NCBI GenBank assembly: GCA_963695545.1
Contig: OY968796.1
Span: 2,016,001 to 2,080,000, forward strand
Length of the DNA stretch: 64,000 nt
Source: Terriglobia bacterium
GTDB taxonomy: Bacteria > Acidobacteriota > Terriglobia > Acidiferrales > UBA7541
Reading direction: 5' to 3'
Below, in pieces: positions 1-11,089 of this stretch (its first letter is position 1; each line of letters opens with the position of its first letter). The notes below the pieces were generated by a model. It had not been told where the DNA came from and did not search any database. It worked only from the letters and a program-made list of their open reading frames with translations. The position numbers were made by a program, and so were the translations under genes.

Positions 1-266
1 AGCTGCTTCAGAACTTGCTGCGCGTAAAGCGGAGCCATCGCGGCGGGCAATTGGCCCCCGCGCTCGATGCGCTCAAGCTGCTGCTGCACGTCGGTGAGCG
101 TGATCGAACTATCGCCCACAGTGGCCACCACGTCGGCGCTGGGAGTGTCCGTGGTGCCCTGGCCCGGCACAAGATATAGCAGCATGCCAATGCCGAGGGC
201 GCCGACCACGATTCCCAGAACGATGCGCACGCCGACTTTCCGATTGTCAAACCACTTTTTTGCCAA
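1..266 (-). CDS. PpiD/SurA-N-terminal-domain periplasmic chaperone (5' part only, runs off the window)
   Basis: Manual translation from TTG at 266: LAKKWFDNRKVGVRIVLGIVVGALGIGMLLYLVPG...DVVATVGDSSITLTDVQQQL (N-terminal TM anchor plus VA.V....IT motif); GAGGAG RBS upstream. Confidence 0.7.
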   Translation of the reverse strand, partial: MAKKWFDNRKVGVRIVLGIVVGALGIGMLLYLVPGQGTTDTPSADVVATVGDSSITLTDVQQQLERIERGGQLPAAMAPLYAQQVLKQ

Positions 267-345
267 GGGACGACTGCTCCTCAGGAAGGCTGGCGCACGC
301 CACAGCTTAGCTTAGCTCGAAACTTCGGCCCACTTCCAACCTGCC

Positions 346-375
346 ATTATAGAGGAGTCGCGCTCGGCGGCTCAA
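346..375 (-). promoter_or_regulatory. sigma70-type promoter for the ppiD-like gene
   Basis: TTGAGC-N18-TATAAT on the minus strand. Confidence 0.55.
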
Positions 376-534
376 TGAGTATTCGGCCGGGATGATTTTC
401 GGCCGGTGCGGCGCGCCGCCGGAGGTGGCGCGCACTCGATAGTGCCTGCCAGGAAAGCGCCCTCCGCGTGCTGTCTTGCGGGGTCTCGGTGCCTATGCTA
501 CTTTCAAAACTGGCTCTAAATCAGTGTTTTTTCA

Positions 535-1815
535 ATGCAAATTCAACCACAAACGCCCGGGTCGCGCACGAAAATCTCACGCGTCGAGGTGTACTGGACG
601 GCGGTCACCTACAAGACCATCGCCGTATACCTGCTGCTGATTTTCGCCGTGGTCATGGCCACGCTCTATCTGGTTTATCCAGAGTGGTACAGCGTCGCAG
701 TGACGCGCGTCGAACGCGCCATGGGCGCCAGCGCGAAAAGCGCAGCCGCGCTTTCGCAAAACCAGGCGCGCTTCGTGAATCTTGATGGCCGCGTGCAAGT
801 GAAGAAGGCCAATTCCGTGCAGTGGGCCGACGCCGATTATCGCGCCACGCTCGACAAGGGCGATTTGATCCAAACCGCCGCGGACGGCGCGGCGCGCATC
901 ACCTTCATGGACGGCACGACGTTCACCGTGAAATCGAACACCCTCGTGACCGTTGAAGAGAATTCCGTCGACAGCGACAGTTCCACGCGCGTTGGCATGC
1001 ACATCAGTTCCGGCGCCGTGGATTTGACCACCGGCACGTGGCAATCGCCGCGATCGAAGGCTGAAGTTTCTTTCTCGAACGCCGTGGCTTCGGTACGTGA
1101 AGACAGCCGCGCCGCCGTGCGCAGCGATCCATCCACGCACGAAAACGAAATCACGGTCTCCAGCGGCGCCGCCGAACTTTCGCGCGGCGACGAACACGTC
1201 GAAATCGGCAAGTACGAACGCGCTACGCTGCCGGCCGAAGGCGGTCCGATCCTGACGACGAATGTGCTGGCGCCTCCCGATCTGACGGAACCCGTGAACC
1301 TGCAACCGCTGATCGACGCCGATCCGAAACACCTTTCGATTCATTTCGCGTGGACCGCGGTGCCGGATGCGGTCAGCTACGATCTGAAGATCGGTATGAC
1401 CTCGATGTTTTCACGCATCGCCGTGGACAAGATCGTGACGGGGACTTCCGCCGACGTCACCGGTCTCGACGCGGGCGATTACTATTGGAGCGTCACGGCG
1501 ACCGACTCGCACAAACATGAGAGCGAGCCGAGCGAAGCCTATAAATTCACGCTTGTGGCCGAGGGCAAGGGCCAGGACATGCTGCTCGAAGTGGACGGCA
1601 CGGAATTGCACGGCAATGTCGTCGAGATCATCGGACGCACCGATCCCGGCGCGGCGCTGATCATCGACGGTGAATCCGTGGCGGATATCGATCCCGAGGG
1701 ACGCTTCCGCTTCTTTACGCCGCCGATGGCCCGCGGCAGCCAGGTGATCACCATCACGGGACAAAACCGCCGCGGGGGAACGGGCACGACGAGAGTTCCG
1801 ATTGTAATTCCTTAG
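535..1815 (+). CDS. membrane-anchored FecR-domain protein with C-terminal FN3/Ig-like domains
   Basis: N-terminal TM helix; GDLIQTAADGAARITFMDGT FecR-like motif; GDYYWSVTATD FN3-like motif. Confidence 0.7.
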   Translation: MQIQPQTPGSRTKISRVEVYWTAVTYKTIAVYLLLIFAVVMATLYLVYPEWYSVAVTRVERAMGASAKSAAALSQNQARFVNLDGRVQVKKANSVQWADADYRATLDKGDLIQTAADGAARITFMDGTTFTVKSNTLVTVEENSVDSDSSTRVGMHISSGAVDLTTGTWQSPRSKAEVSFSNAVASVREDSRAAVRSDPSTHENEITVSSGAAELSRGDEHVEIGKYERATLPAEGGPILTTNVLAPPDLTEPVNLQPLIDADPKHLSIHFAWTAVPDAVSYDLKIGMTSMFSRIAVDKIVTGTSADVTGLDAGDYYWSVTATDSHKHESEPSEAYKFTLVAEGKGQDMLLEVDGTELHGNVVEIIGRTDPGAALIIDGESVADIDPEGRFRFFTPPMARGSQVITITGQNRRGGTGTTRVPIVIP

Positions 1816-2964
<1,149 letters not shown>

Positions 2965-3075
2965 CTCCGGCGCGATGCGCATGGTCCAGTCCGCGCCGAA
3001 CGTGCTGTTTAGAACGAATCCCGTAACGAATGTCGTAAGCGGCGCAGAGAAGCGCGATACGATGTCCGCACTTCC

Positions 3076-4008
3076 ATGATTCCCGCTCCATCGCGCCACA
3101 AATCGCTCAAATTGCTGGGAGTCGTACTCGCGCTTCAGGTGCTGCTGCTGGCCGTGCAAATCCGCAGCGAGCGCCGCGTGCGCTTGATCCGCGTGTGGGC
3201 CGTCGAACTATTTTCGCCGATTCAGCGCGCCGGCGCGTGGAGCATTGATCTCATCAAGGGCGGCTGGGGCGGATACATCGCGCTGCATCATACGCGCCAG
3301 GAAAATCTCGAGTTGCAGAGCGAGCTCGATCAAATGCGCATGCGCAACCAGGAGCTCGAAGGCCGCGCCGACGAAGCGGATCGCTTGGGGCGCCTATTGG
3401 GATTTCGCCAGGCGCATGGCGAAGTGCCCATGCTCGCGGCGCAAGTGATCGGCGCGAGCCCCGATCCCGGCAGCCACATTCTCTATCTCAATCGAGGCTC
3501 GCGTGACGGCGTGAAGCGCGATATGGGCGTGATCACTCCAGACGGCGTGGTCGGCAAGATCTTGGCCGTTTATCCCGGCACCTCACAGGTGCTCGTTCTG
3601 AACGACAAAGATAGCGGCGTCGGCGCGCTGCTCGCCACGACGCGCACGCAAGGTCCGGTGAAAGGCATGGGCGAGCCGCTGCTTGATATGGAGTACGTGA
3701 GCGGCGATGAGAAGGTCACCGTCGGCGAAGCGGTGCTCACATCCGGGCAGGACCGCATCTTCCCCAAGGATTTGCCGGTCGGCAACGTCGTCGAAGTGCA
3801 GCCTGACCCGCACTCGCCATTCATGGTGATTCGTGTGCGCCCCGCCGCGCAATTGGATCAGCTCGAAGAGGTGCTGATTCTGCTCACGCGCCAGGATTTC
3901 AGTTTGCCGCAAGCCGATCAAGCGCCGGCCGCTGCGGCGCCGCCTGCGCCCGCGCCGGCCGCCGCATCCGGCTCGGGCGACGCGCCCGCGGCCACCACTC
4001 CTCCATAG
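3076..4008 (+). CDS. mreC: rod shape-determining protein MreC
   Basis: TM plus coiled coil, GVVGKI and LTSGQDRIFPKDLPVG; operon position. Confidence 0.95.
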   Translation: MIPAPSRHKSLKLLGVVLALQVLLLAVQIRSERRVRLIRVWAVELFSPIQRAGAWSIDLIKGGWGGYIALHHTRQENLELQSELDQMRMRNQELEGRADEADRLGRLLGFRQAHGEVPMLAAQVIGASPDPGSHILYLNRGSRDGVKRDMGVITPDGVVGKILAVYPGTSQVLVLNDKDSGVGALLATTRTQGPVKGMGEPLLDMEYVSGDEKVTVGEAVLTSGQDRIFPKDLPVGNVVEVQPDPHSPFMVIRVRPAAQLDQLEEVLILLTRQDFSLPQADQAPAAAAPPAPAPAAASGSGDAPAATTPP

Positions 4009-4027
4009 CGCACAGGAGCGCACTCGA

Positions 4028-4552
4028 ATGGAAGACGTCGAAATTCGCGTAAGTGCAGACCAGCACATCGAGGTGCACCGGTACGCCCCGGGCGCGATTG
4101 CGCTCACGGTTGCGGCGGCGCTGGTGCTGCAGGCATTTCTTCCCGTCCATTTCGCATGGACCAGGATGCTCGAGTTGCCGCTGCTCGTGACGATTTATTT
4201 CGCGCTGAGCCGAAGGAACGCTTCGATTGGTTTGCTGCTGGGGATGACCGTTGGCCTTTTGCAAGACGCTCTCAGCGGCACGCCCATCGGACTTTACGGT
4301 ATCGCCAAAACGCTGGTCGGTTACGCCGCCTCTTCGATCGGCGCGCGGATCGACGTCGAGCACTGGGCCAGCCGCTTCCTTCTGACCGTAGGCTTCTTTT
4401 TCTTTCACCACGCGGTGTTCGCGCTCACACGCCGCTTGCTCCTGGGCCAGCACGAGACGTACCTGACCGTGCCGTTGCTGCTCGCTGCGCTCGTCAACGG
4501 AGCAGTCGCGCTGGGATTATTTCCGTTGCTCGACCGGCTGCGAAAGTCTTGA
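4028..4552 (+). CDS. mreD: rod shape-determining protein MreD
   Basis: Hydrophobic, GLLQDALSG motif, follows mreC. Confidence 0.9.
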   Translation: MEDVEIRVSADQHIEVHRYAPGAIALTVAAALVLQAFLPVHFAWTRMLELPLLVTIYFALSRRNASIGLLLGMTVGLLQDALSGTPIGLYGIAKTLVGYAASSIGARIDVEHWASRFLLTVGFFFFHHAVFALTRRLLLGQHETYLTVPLLLAALVNGAVALGLFPLLDRLRKS

Positions 4553-4735
4553 ACCAATTTTGGTAATCGGGCGCGCCGGCGGGCGTAGCAAACCCGCGTC
4601 ACGCGCCGCCGCTGCGGTTGCACCAAGTTGGGACGGATGATACCGTGAGCACGTTGAGGCCGGTCCGCGCAGAGCGCGGTGCTTCAGCGGTGTCGGTGCG
4701 TGCGCGGTCGGGCGACGCCCCGGCGCGGAGTGCGC

Positions 4736-6634
4736 GTGTCGATCTGGTTTGAAAACGATAAAAAGTTGCCCCAGATGCGGTTGGCGGCGGTTTCCTACGG
4801 AATCGTCGGGCTGATTGCGTTGCTGCTGTTCGGCTTCTGGAATCTCCAGGTCATCCAAACCACTCACTACGCGGATCTCGCCGAACGCAATCGCATCCGC
4901 TCGATTCCCATCATCGCGCCCCGCGGTTCGATTCTTGATCGCTCCGGCCGGGTTCTCGTCGACAACTATCCCTCGTTCAGCGTGCTGCTGTTGCGCGACG
5001 ATCCGAAGGTCACGGAATCGCTTCTGCCGCAAATCGCCGACGGGCTCGGCATGACGCTCGCCGATTTGCGCGCGCAGATCGACGCGGCGAAGGCGCTCCC
5101 CGACTTCCAGCCCATCGTCATCAAGCCCGAAGCCACTCCGGGCGACATCGCGTTCATCGAATCGCATCGCCCCGACATCCCGGTGCTCGAAATGATGATG
5201 GTTCACCGCCGGCGTTACGGACAAAACGATTTCCTGGCCAACGCCATTGGCTACGTGGGAGAAGTGAGCACCGATGACATTGCCGCAAGCGGCGGCCGTC
5301 TGCGGTCCGGAGACATCACAGGGAAGTCGGGCCTCGAAAAGCAATATAACGACACGCTGATGGGCACCGACGGCTTGCGGCGCTCGATCGTCAATAGCGT
5401 CGGCAAAGAAGTCGGCCAGCTCGAACAACAGGATCCCACGCCCGGCAGGCCCATTCGCTTGACGATCGATTACGATCTGCAGTCGGTGGCCGAGCAGGCT
5501 ATGGCCGGGAAAATGGGCGCGGTTGTGGCCCTCGACCCGCGCACCGGTGAAGTGCTGGCGATGGTCAGCCACCCCGCTTACAACCCCAACGATTTCGCGG
5601 TGCGCATACCGCGCGAAGAGTGGGATCAATTGAACAACGATCCCGATAAGCCGCTGATCAATCGCGCCATTCAGGCGCAGCTCGCGCCGGGCTCGGTCTT
5701 CAAGATTTACGAAACCACGGCGATGCTCGAATCGAAAGCCATCCCCGCGGACTTCAAAGTCTTCTGCCCCGGCTACGCGACGTTTTACGGCCGCGTGTTT
5801 CACGAATTGAATCCTGGAGACTCCGCCCACGGCGAAATGGATTTGCACACAGCGATCGTGAAATCGTGCGATATCTATTTCTATAACGTCGGCCAGCGGC
5901 TTGGCATAGACCGGCTTTCGTACTACGGCACAAGCTTCGGCCTCGGCCGCAAAACTGGCGTCGATCTGCCCGGCGAAGATTCCGGTTTGATGCCGTCGGA
6001 AGCGTGGAAAGAACGCGTCTTTCACGAGAAATGGTATGCGGGCGAAACGATTTCACTCGCCATCGGCCAGGGCGCAACCGAAGTGACGCCGATGCAGATG
6101 GCGTACACGATCGGCGGAATTATTTCCGGCGGCAGATTCAAGCAACCGCATCTCCTCATGAGCGATCAGCCCGTGCCTGAAGTGGATTTCCCGATCTCCG
6201 ATTCGACCGTGGATTTCATCACGCAAGCGATGTGGAGCGTGGTGAATGAAGGCGGCACGGCTGCGGCGTCGAAATTGCCGGGGATCGAATTTTGCGGCAA
6301 GACCGGCACGGCGCAAGTGATCAGCGCCGAGGGGAAGGAGAAAGCCACGAACAAATCGGCATTGAAAAATAATGCCTGGTTCGTGGGCTTCGCTCCGCGG
6401 CGCAATGCGGAGATTGTTGTCGCCGTGCTCGTCCAGGCCGGCGGCTACGGCGCCGAAGCCGCCGCGCCGGTCGCGCGCGATGTGGTGAAAGCGTATTACG
6501 ATAAGAAGGCCGGCACCTATAAAGGCCCGCAGGAATATGCATCGAATCCGCAGAAGCCGGCAGCGGTTCCGACCAGCCCGACCGCGACGGCGCAAGCAGC
6601 TCCGGCCACGGCCAATTCCGCCAGCCGGCCCTAA
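4736..6634 (+). CDS. mrdA: penicillin-binding protein 2
   Basis: PGSVFK (SxxK), SCD (SxN-like) and KTGT motifs; GTG start at 4736 chosen. Confidence 0.96.
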   Translation: MSIWFENDKKLPQMRLAAVSYGIVGLIALLLFGFWNLQVIQTTHYADLAERNRIRSIPIIAPRGSILDRSGRVLVDNYPSFSVLLLRDDPKVTESLLPQIADGLGMTLADLRAQIDAAKALPDFQPIVIKPEATPGDIAFIESHRPDIPVLEMMMVHRRRYGQNDFLANAIGYVGEVSTDDIAASGGRLRSGDITGKSGLEKQYNDTLMGTDGLRRSIVNSVGKEVGQLEQQDPTPGRPIRLTIDYDLQSVAEQAMAGKMGAVVALDPRTGEVLAMVSHPAYNPNDFAVRIPREEWDQLNNDPDKPLINRAIQAQLAPGSVFKIYETTAMLESKAIPADFKVFCPGYATFYGRVFHELNPGDSAHGEMDLHTAIVKSCDIYFYNVGQRLGIDRLSYYGTSFGLGRKTGVDLPGEDSGLMPSEAWKERVFHEKWYAGETISLAIGQGATEVTPMQMAYTIGGIISGGRFKQPHLLMSDQPVPEVDFPISDSTVDFITQAMWSVVNEGGTAAASKLPGIEFCGKTGTAQVISAEGKEKATNKSALKNNAWFVGFAPRRNAEIVVAVLVQAGGYGAEAAAPVARDVVKAYYDKKAGTYKGPQEYASNPQKPAAVPTSPTATAQAAPATANSASRP

Positions 6635-6643
6635 AAGGACGAG

Positions 6644-7732
6644 ATGAGAGAACGATCGGGAATTCGCGATTACGATTGGTGGCTGATGACGCTGGTCTTC
6701 ACGATCTGCGGGATCGGACTGCTCGAGATCTGGTCGGCCACGCATGCCGGCCATCTGAACGGCATGCAATGGCGGCAAGTTTTCTGGATCGCGCTCGGCG
6801 TGGTGATTATGCTCGTGCTTTCGCGCGTGAATTACCACACCATCTTGGATCAGGCGCCGCTGCTCTACGTTATTGGCCTTGTGGCTTTGGTGGCCGTGCT
6901 GCTGGTGGGGCATTCACGGTTCGGGGCCAAAAGGTGGCTGCCGGTGCTGGGCGAATTTTTCCAGGTGTCAGAACTTGTCAAGTTGATTATAATCGTGGTG
7001 CTGGCGCGGTTCTTCAGTGAAGTGCGCACAGACCGGCTTTTGTTGGGAGACCTCGTCAAGGCCGGAGTTTTGGTCGGGGTGCCGGTGGGCTTGATCCTCC
7101 TCCAGCCCGACTTGGGCACGGCGCTGGTGCTGGTGCCGGTAGCGGCCGTAGGCGCATTTCTAGCGGGACTCCAGTGGAAACACGCTTTGTTCGTGGTGGC
7201 TCTCGGAGCTATGTTGCTTCCGGTGGGCTGGCACGTCCTGAAGCCGTATCAGAGATCGCGCGTCACGACCTTCATGCGCCCGGAAGACGATCCCCGCGGC
7301 TCGGGCTATCAGATACTGCAATCGAAGATTGCGGTCGGTGAAGGCGGCTTTTGGGGAAAGGGACTCGGCAACGGCAGCCAGAATCAATTGGGCTTCGTGC
7401 CAGTGCGTTACTCCGATTTTATTTTGGCGGCGCTGGCGGAGGAATTAGGATTTGCCGGCGTCGTGGTCACGCTGGTGCTATACATGGCGCTGCTGTTACG
7501 CCTGGTGCAGAACGCCCAGCACGCGAAGGATCGCGCGGGGATGTTTCTGATCATGGGCGTTACGGCGGCGGTAGGGTTTCACGTTCTGGTGAACGCGGCC
7601 ATGGTGATCGGATTAATGCCGGTCACCGGAATTCCGCTGCCGCTGATGAGCTACGGCGGATCGGCCACGCTGTTCGTATTTTTGGCTTTGGGCCTGGTGA
7701 TGAACGTGCGACTTCGCCGCTTCGTCAACTGA
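6644..7732 (+). CDS. rodA: SEDS peptidoglycan polymerase RodA
   Basis: GAKRW, QPDLGT and GIPLPLMSYGGS motifs. Confidence 0.96.
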   Translation: MRERSGIRDYDWWLMTLVFTICGIGLLEIWSATHAGHLNGMQWRQVFWIALGVVIMLVLSRVNYHTILDQAPLLYVIGLVALVAVLLVGHSRFGAKRWLPVLGEFFQVSELVKLIIIVVLARFFSEVRTDRLLLGDLVKAGVLVGVPVGLILLQPDLGTALVLVPVAAVGAFLAGLQWKHALFVVALGAMLLPVGWHVLKPYQRSRVTTFMRPEDDPRGSGYQILQSKIAVGEGGFWGKGLGNGSQNQLGFVPVRYSDFILAALAEELGFAGVVVTLVLYMALLLRLVQNAQHAKDRAGMFLIMGVTAAVGFHVLVNAAMVIGLMPVTGIPLPLMSYGGSATLFVFLALGLVMNVRLRRFVN

Positions 7733-7966
7733 GGCCAAGTTAGACGGTAATGCAAAGAAACACAGCAGGGAAAAATTGTAGTGTCCCGCCAAGCGCCTGG
7801 ATGGAATTCGGGTCGCGGCCGGGAATTCGAGTATTGCGAGGTTTGCATCGCGTGATGGCGAAAACTGCCCAGCGTAGCCGGTCCCATCCGGCCGTTCCGC
7901 ACAGTGCGGAGCGGCGCGCGTGGATGTTGTGCACCGGCGCCCGGCGATGCCCTCCGAGGAGTTTTC

Positions 7967-10933
7967 ATGTCGAAGGATTTGGTGATATCGGCGTCAGCGC
8001 ACGAAACGCGCGTCGCCATTTTGGAAGAAGGACAGCTTTGTGAAATCTACATCGAACGGGAAAAAGAATTTGCGTTAGTCGGAAGCATTTACAAAGGCCG
8101 CGTCACACGCGTGCTGCCCGGCATGCAGTCGGCTTTTGTGGACATCGGACTCGATAGCGACGCATTTCTTTATGTGAGCGATTTCCTCGAGAATCTCGAG
8201 GAGTACGATCACGTCGTTTCGACCGTCGAAAACAAAGTTGAAAAAATGCAGCAGCAGGGCGGCGAAGTTTTTTCGCAGCAAGCCGAAGCGCCTGCTGCGC
8301 CGGCTGGTGCGCCCGAAGCCGCCGCCGAGCCCGGCAATGAGCCGGCAGCCGAAGCGTCGCCGCGCGAATCCGGCGCGGAGCCGGCGTCGGATTCCGCTTC
8401 GGAATTCGCGAACGATCCACCGCAGCCGACCAGCAACGCCGGCAATTCGTTCAGCCAGGCGCCTGGCGCGCGGCCAGGATCTCGCGGCGGTTATCAGGAT
8501 AGGCAGGGCTCGCGCGGACCGGGTGGTCCCGGCGGCGGTCAAGGCGGCTCCGGCAGACCAGGCGGCCAAGGCGGTTCGGGCCGACCCGGTGGATACGGAG
8601 ATCGCGGCGGTTCAGGCGATCGCGGCGGACCGGGCGGCCGGCGCGGCCGCTGGGGACGCGGAGGCCGCGACGATCGGCGCCGCGGCGGTGGCGGGCGAGA
8701 TTTGCCTTCATCGAAATATGCGTCTCCTCGTTCATCCGACCAGGGATCTTCCGAGCGGCGGCCAAACGAATACCGGCCATCGCCGTCGCGGCCGTACGAA
8801 CCGCCGCCGGCCGATTACGTGCCGGTGATTTTGCCGGGCGAATCGCTGGCAAAATATAAGGATCGCATTCCGGGTCAGCCGCCAGCCGCGGCTCCCGCAG
8901 CGACGGAACCGTTGACGGACGCGCGGCTCGATCAAACAACGCCTGCCGCCGGGACGTTTTCCGACGTCGAACCGCCGCAGACGGTTTCCTCCGCGGCTGT
9001 CGAACCTCCTTCGGTCGCGCCCGACGAAATCGATTCGGCGAGCCTGCTCGAAGCGCATCGCGAATCGCCGGCGGAATCGCGCGACGCGGTTCAACCGTTG
9101 TTTGAGCCGCACGCGGCGCAAGATTCCGATCTCTCCGCGGACGAAGTGACTTCTCTTGCCGAGCAACTCGCCGAAGCCAAGCACGAAGAAGCGCAGGCCC
9201 AACGCGAAGAAGCGGCGCAAGACGCGCTCGACGCCTCGCAAGCCGAGCCGTTTTCCGAGAGCGAGAGCCACGAGCCGCCCGAGGGCCACTCGGAATTTGC
9301 CGGATTCGACGTGCACGACCGCGAACACGACGAGCACGGCGAAACCGATTCCGGAGCCGAGTCCGGCGCGGAGCACGAGAGCGAAGCCGGCGCCGAACAC
9401 GACGAAGCCGAACTGAGCGGCGCTTCCGAGCAACACGAACGCGACGAGCAGGAAGCCGAGCAGGCCCACGACGACGCCCACGCCGCGGCCGAAGGCGAAG
9501 CGCAATCCGCCGAAAATTTCGGCGAGCGCCAGCCGGACGCGGCCGCGATTCCCGATGCTCCCGGCTCCTCAAACTTTCCTTCATCGAGCGCACGGTTAAG
9601 CCAGCCGCCGCGCGCGCGTTTCCAGCGGCCCATGCGCCGCGGCGGGCGCAACAATCGCGACCGCGATCGCGGCGGACGCCCGCCGATGCGATCGCACGGC
9701 GGACCGCGCCACGACGCGCCGCGGCGGCCGCAACTGATTTCCGAAATGCTCAAGGCCGGCCAGGAAATCATCGTGCAGATCGCCAAGGAACCGCTCGGGA
9801 AAAAAGGCGCGCGCATCACGAGCCACGTCGCGCTGCCGGGGCGCTTCCTTGTCTACATGCCGACGGTGGACCACATCGGCGTTTCGCGGCGCATCGGCTC
9901 GGCCGAGGATCGCTCGCGTTTGCGGCGTTTGGTTTCCGAGGCCAAGGGCACGTTTCCCGGGGGCTTTATCGTGCGCACGGCAGCCGGCGGCGCAACCGAC
10001 GAAGAGATCCGCGCCGACGTGGAATTTCTGGGCCACACCTGGGACACGATTCGCACGAGTTCCGAGCAGCGCCACGCGCCGGCGCTGATGCATCGCGATC
10101 TGAATCTGGTGGAGCGCATCCTGCGCGATTATTTGAGCCAGGATTACGCCGCGATCTGGATCGACAACGAAGAGGAGTTCGGCAAAGTGGTGGAATTCGT
10201 GAACCGCTTCCAGCCGCGCCTGGTCGGCCGCGTGAAGCTCTACACCAAAGAGACGCCGATCTTCGAGGAATTCGGCATTCAGCAGGAACTCGATAAAGCG
10301 CTGCGTCCGAAAGTGTGGCTGAAATCCGGCGGCTACATCGTGATCAACCACACCGAAGCGCTGGTGGCCATCGACGTGAACACCGGCAAATATGTCGGCA
10401 AGGGCTCGACGCGCCTGGAAGACACGATCGTGAAGACCAACGTTGAGGCCGTAAAGGAAGTGGTGCGGCAAATCCGCCTGCGCGATCTGGGCGGAATCAT
10501 CGTGGTGGATTTCATCGACATGGAGGAGCGGCGCAACCGCGACCGCGTGATGGCCGCGCTCGAGCAAGCGCTGCACTCCGACCGCGCGCCGTCGAAGGTG
10601 ATCCCGTTCAACGAATTTGGCCTCGTGAACATCACGCGCAAGCGCACCAAGCAGGCGCTCGAGCGCGTGCTGTGCCAGCCGTGTCCGTATTGCTCGGGCA
10701 GCGGCATGGTGAAATCCGGGCCGACGATTTGCTACGAGATCCAGGCCGAAGCGCGCAAGATGGCCGAGAATCTCGATTCCGGCAGCATGACGCTGCGCGT
10801 GAATCCGGAAATCGCCAAGGCGCTCAAGACGCGCGAATCGAGCATGATCGAAGAGCTCGAACGCGTAACGAAAAAGAGCGTGATCATCCAAGCCGATCCC
10901 ACGCTGCATTGGGAGCAGTACGACATTTACTAA
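7967..10933 (+). CDS. rne: ribonuclease E/G family protein with a very long disordered insertion
   Basis: IYKGRVTRVLPGMQSAFVDIG, AIDVNTGK, LRDLGGIIVVDFIDM, CPYCSGSG; GAGGAG RBS before ATG 7967. Confidence 0.92.
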   Translation: MSKDLVISASAHETRVAILEEGQLCEIYIEREKEFALVGSIYKGRVTRVLPGMQSAFVDIGLDSDAFLYVSDFLENLEEYDHVVSTVENKVEKMQQQGGEVFSQQAEAPAAPAGAPEAAAEPGNEPAAEASPRESGAEPASDSASEFANDPPQPTSNAGNSFSQAPGARPGSRGGYQDRQGSRGPGGPGGGQGGSGRPGGQGGSGRPGGYGDRGGSGDRGGPGGRRGRWGRGGRDDRRRGGGGRDLPSSKYASPRSSDQGSSERRPNEYRPSPSRPYEPPPADYVPVILPGESLAKYKDRIPGQPPAAAPAATEPLTDARLDQTTPAAGTFSDVEPPQTVSSAAVEPPSVAPDEIDSASLLEAHRESPAESRDAVQPLFEPHAAQDSDLSADEVTSLAEQLAEAKHEEAQAQREEAAQDALDASQAEPFSESESHEPPEGHSEFAGFDVHDREHDEHGETDSGAESGAEHESEAGAEHDEAELSGASEQHERDEQEAEQAHDDAHAAAEGEAQSAENFGERQPDAAAIPDAPGSSNFPSSSARLSQPPRARFQRPMRRGGRNNRDRDRGGRPPMRSHGGPRHDAPRRPQLISEMLKAGQEIIVQIAKEPLGKKGARITSHVALPGRFLVYMPTVDHIGVSRRIGSAEDRSRLRRLVSEAKGTFPGGFIVRTAAGGATDEEIRADVEFLGHTWDTIRTSSEQRHAPALMHRDLNLVERILRDYLSQDYAAIWIDNEEEFGKVVEFVNRFQPRLVGRVKLYTKETPIFEEFGIQQELDKALRPKVWLKSGGYIVINHTEALVAIDVNTGKYVGKGSTRLEDTIVKTNVEAVKEVVRQIRLRDLGGIIVVDFIDMEERRNRDRVMAALEQALHSDRAPSKVIPFNEFGLVNITRKRTKQALERVLCQPCPYCSGSGMVKSGPTICYEIQAEARKMAENLDSGSMTLRVNPEIAKALKTRESSMIEELERVTKKSVIIQADPTLHWEQYDIY

Positions 10934-10968
10934 AAACCGCTTCGCAAACAGCACCATCGTGCATTTCG

Positions 10969-11007
10969 CGGCCTCAGGGGTTAACGCCCCTGAGGCCGTT
11001 GTGTTTT
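10969..11007 (+). terminator. intrinsic terminator after rne
   Basis: CGGCCTCAGGGG-ttaacg-CCCCTGAGGCCG hairpin followed by TTGTGTTTT. Confidence 0.75.
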
Positions 11008-11089
11008 GGGGAATCGTCCGGGACGCGAGAGCTCCTTTTCGCCCAGAGGTGAGCTGGCGACGCGGCCCAAACGTAGTGGATGGTCTTGA

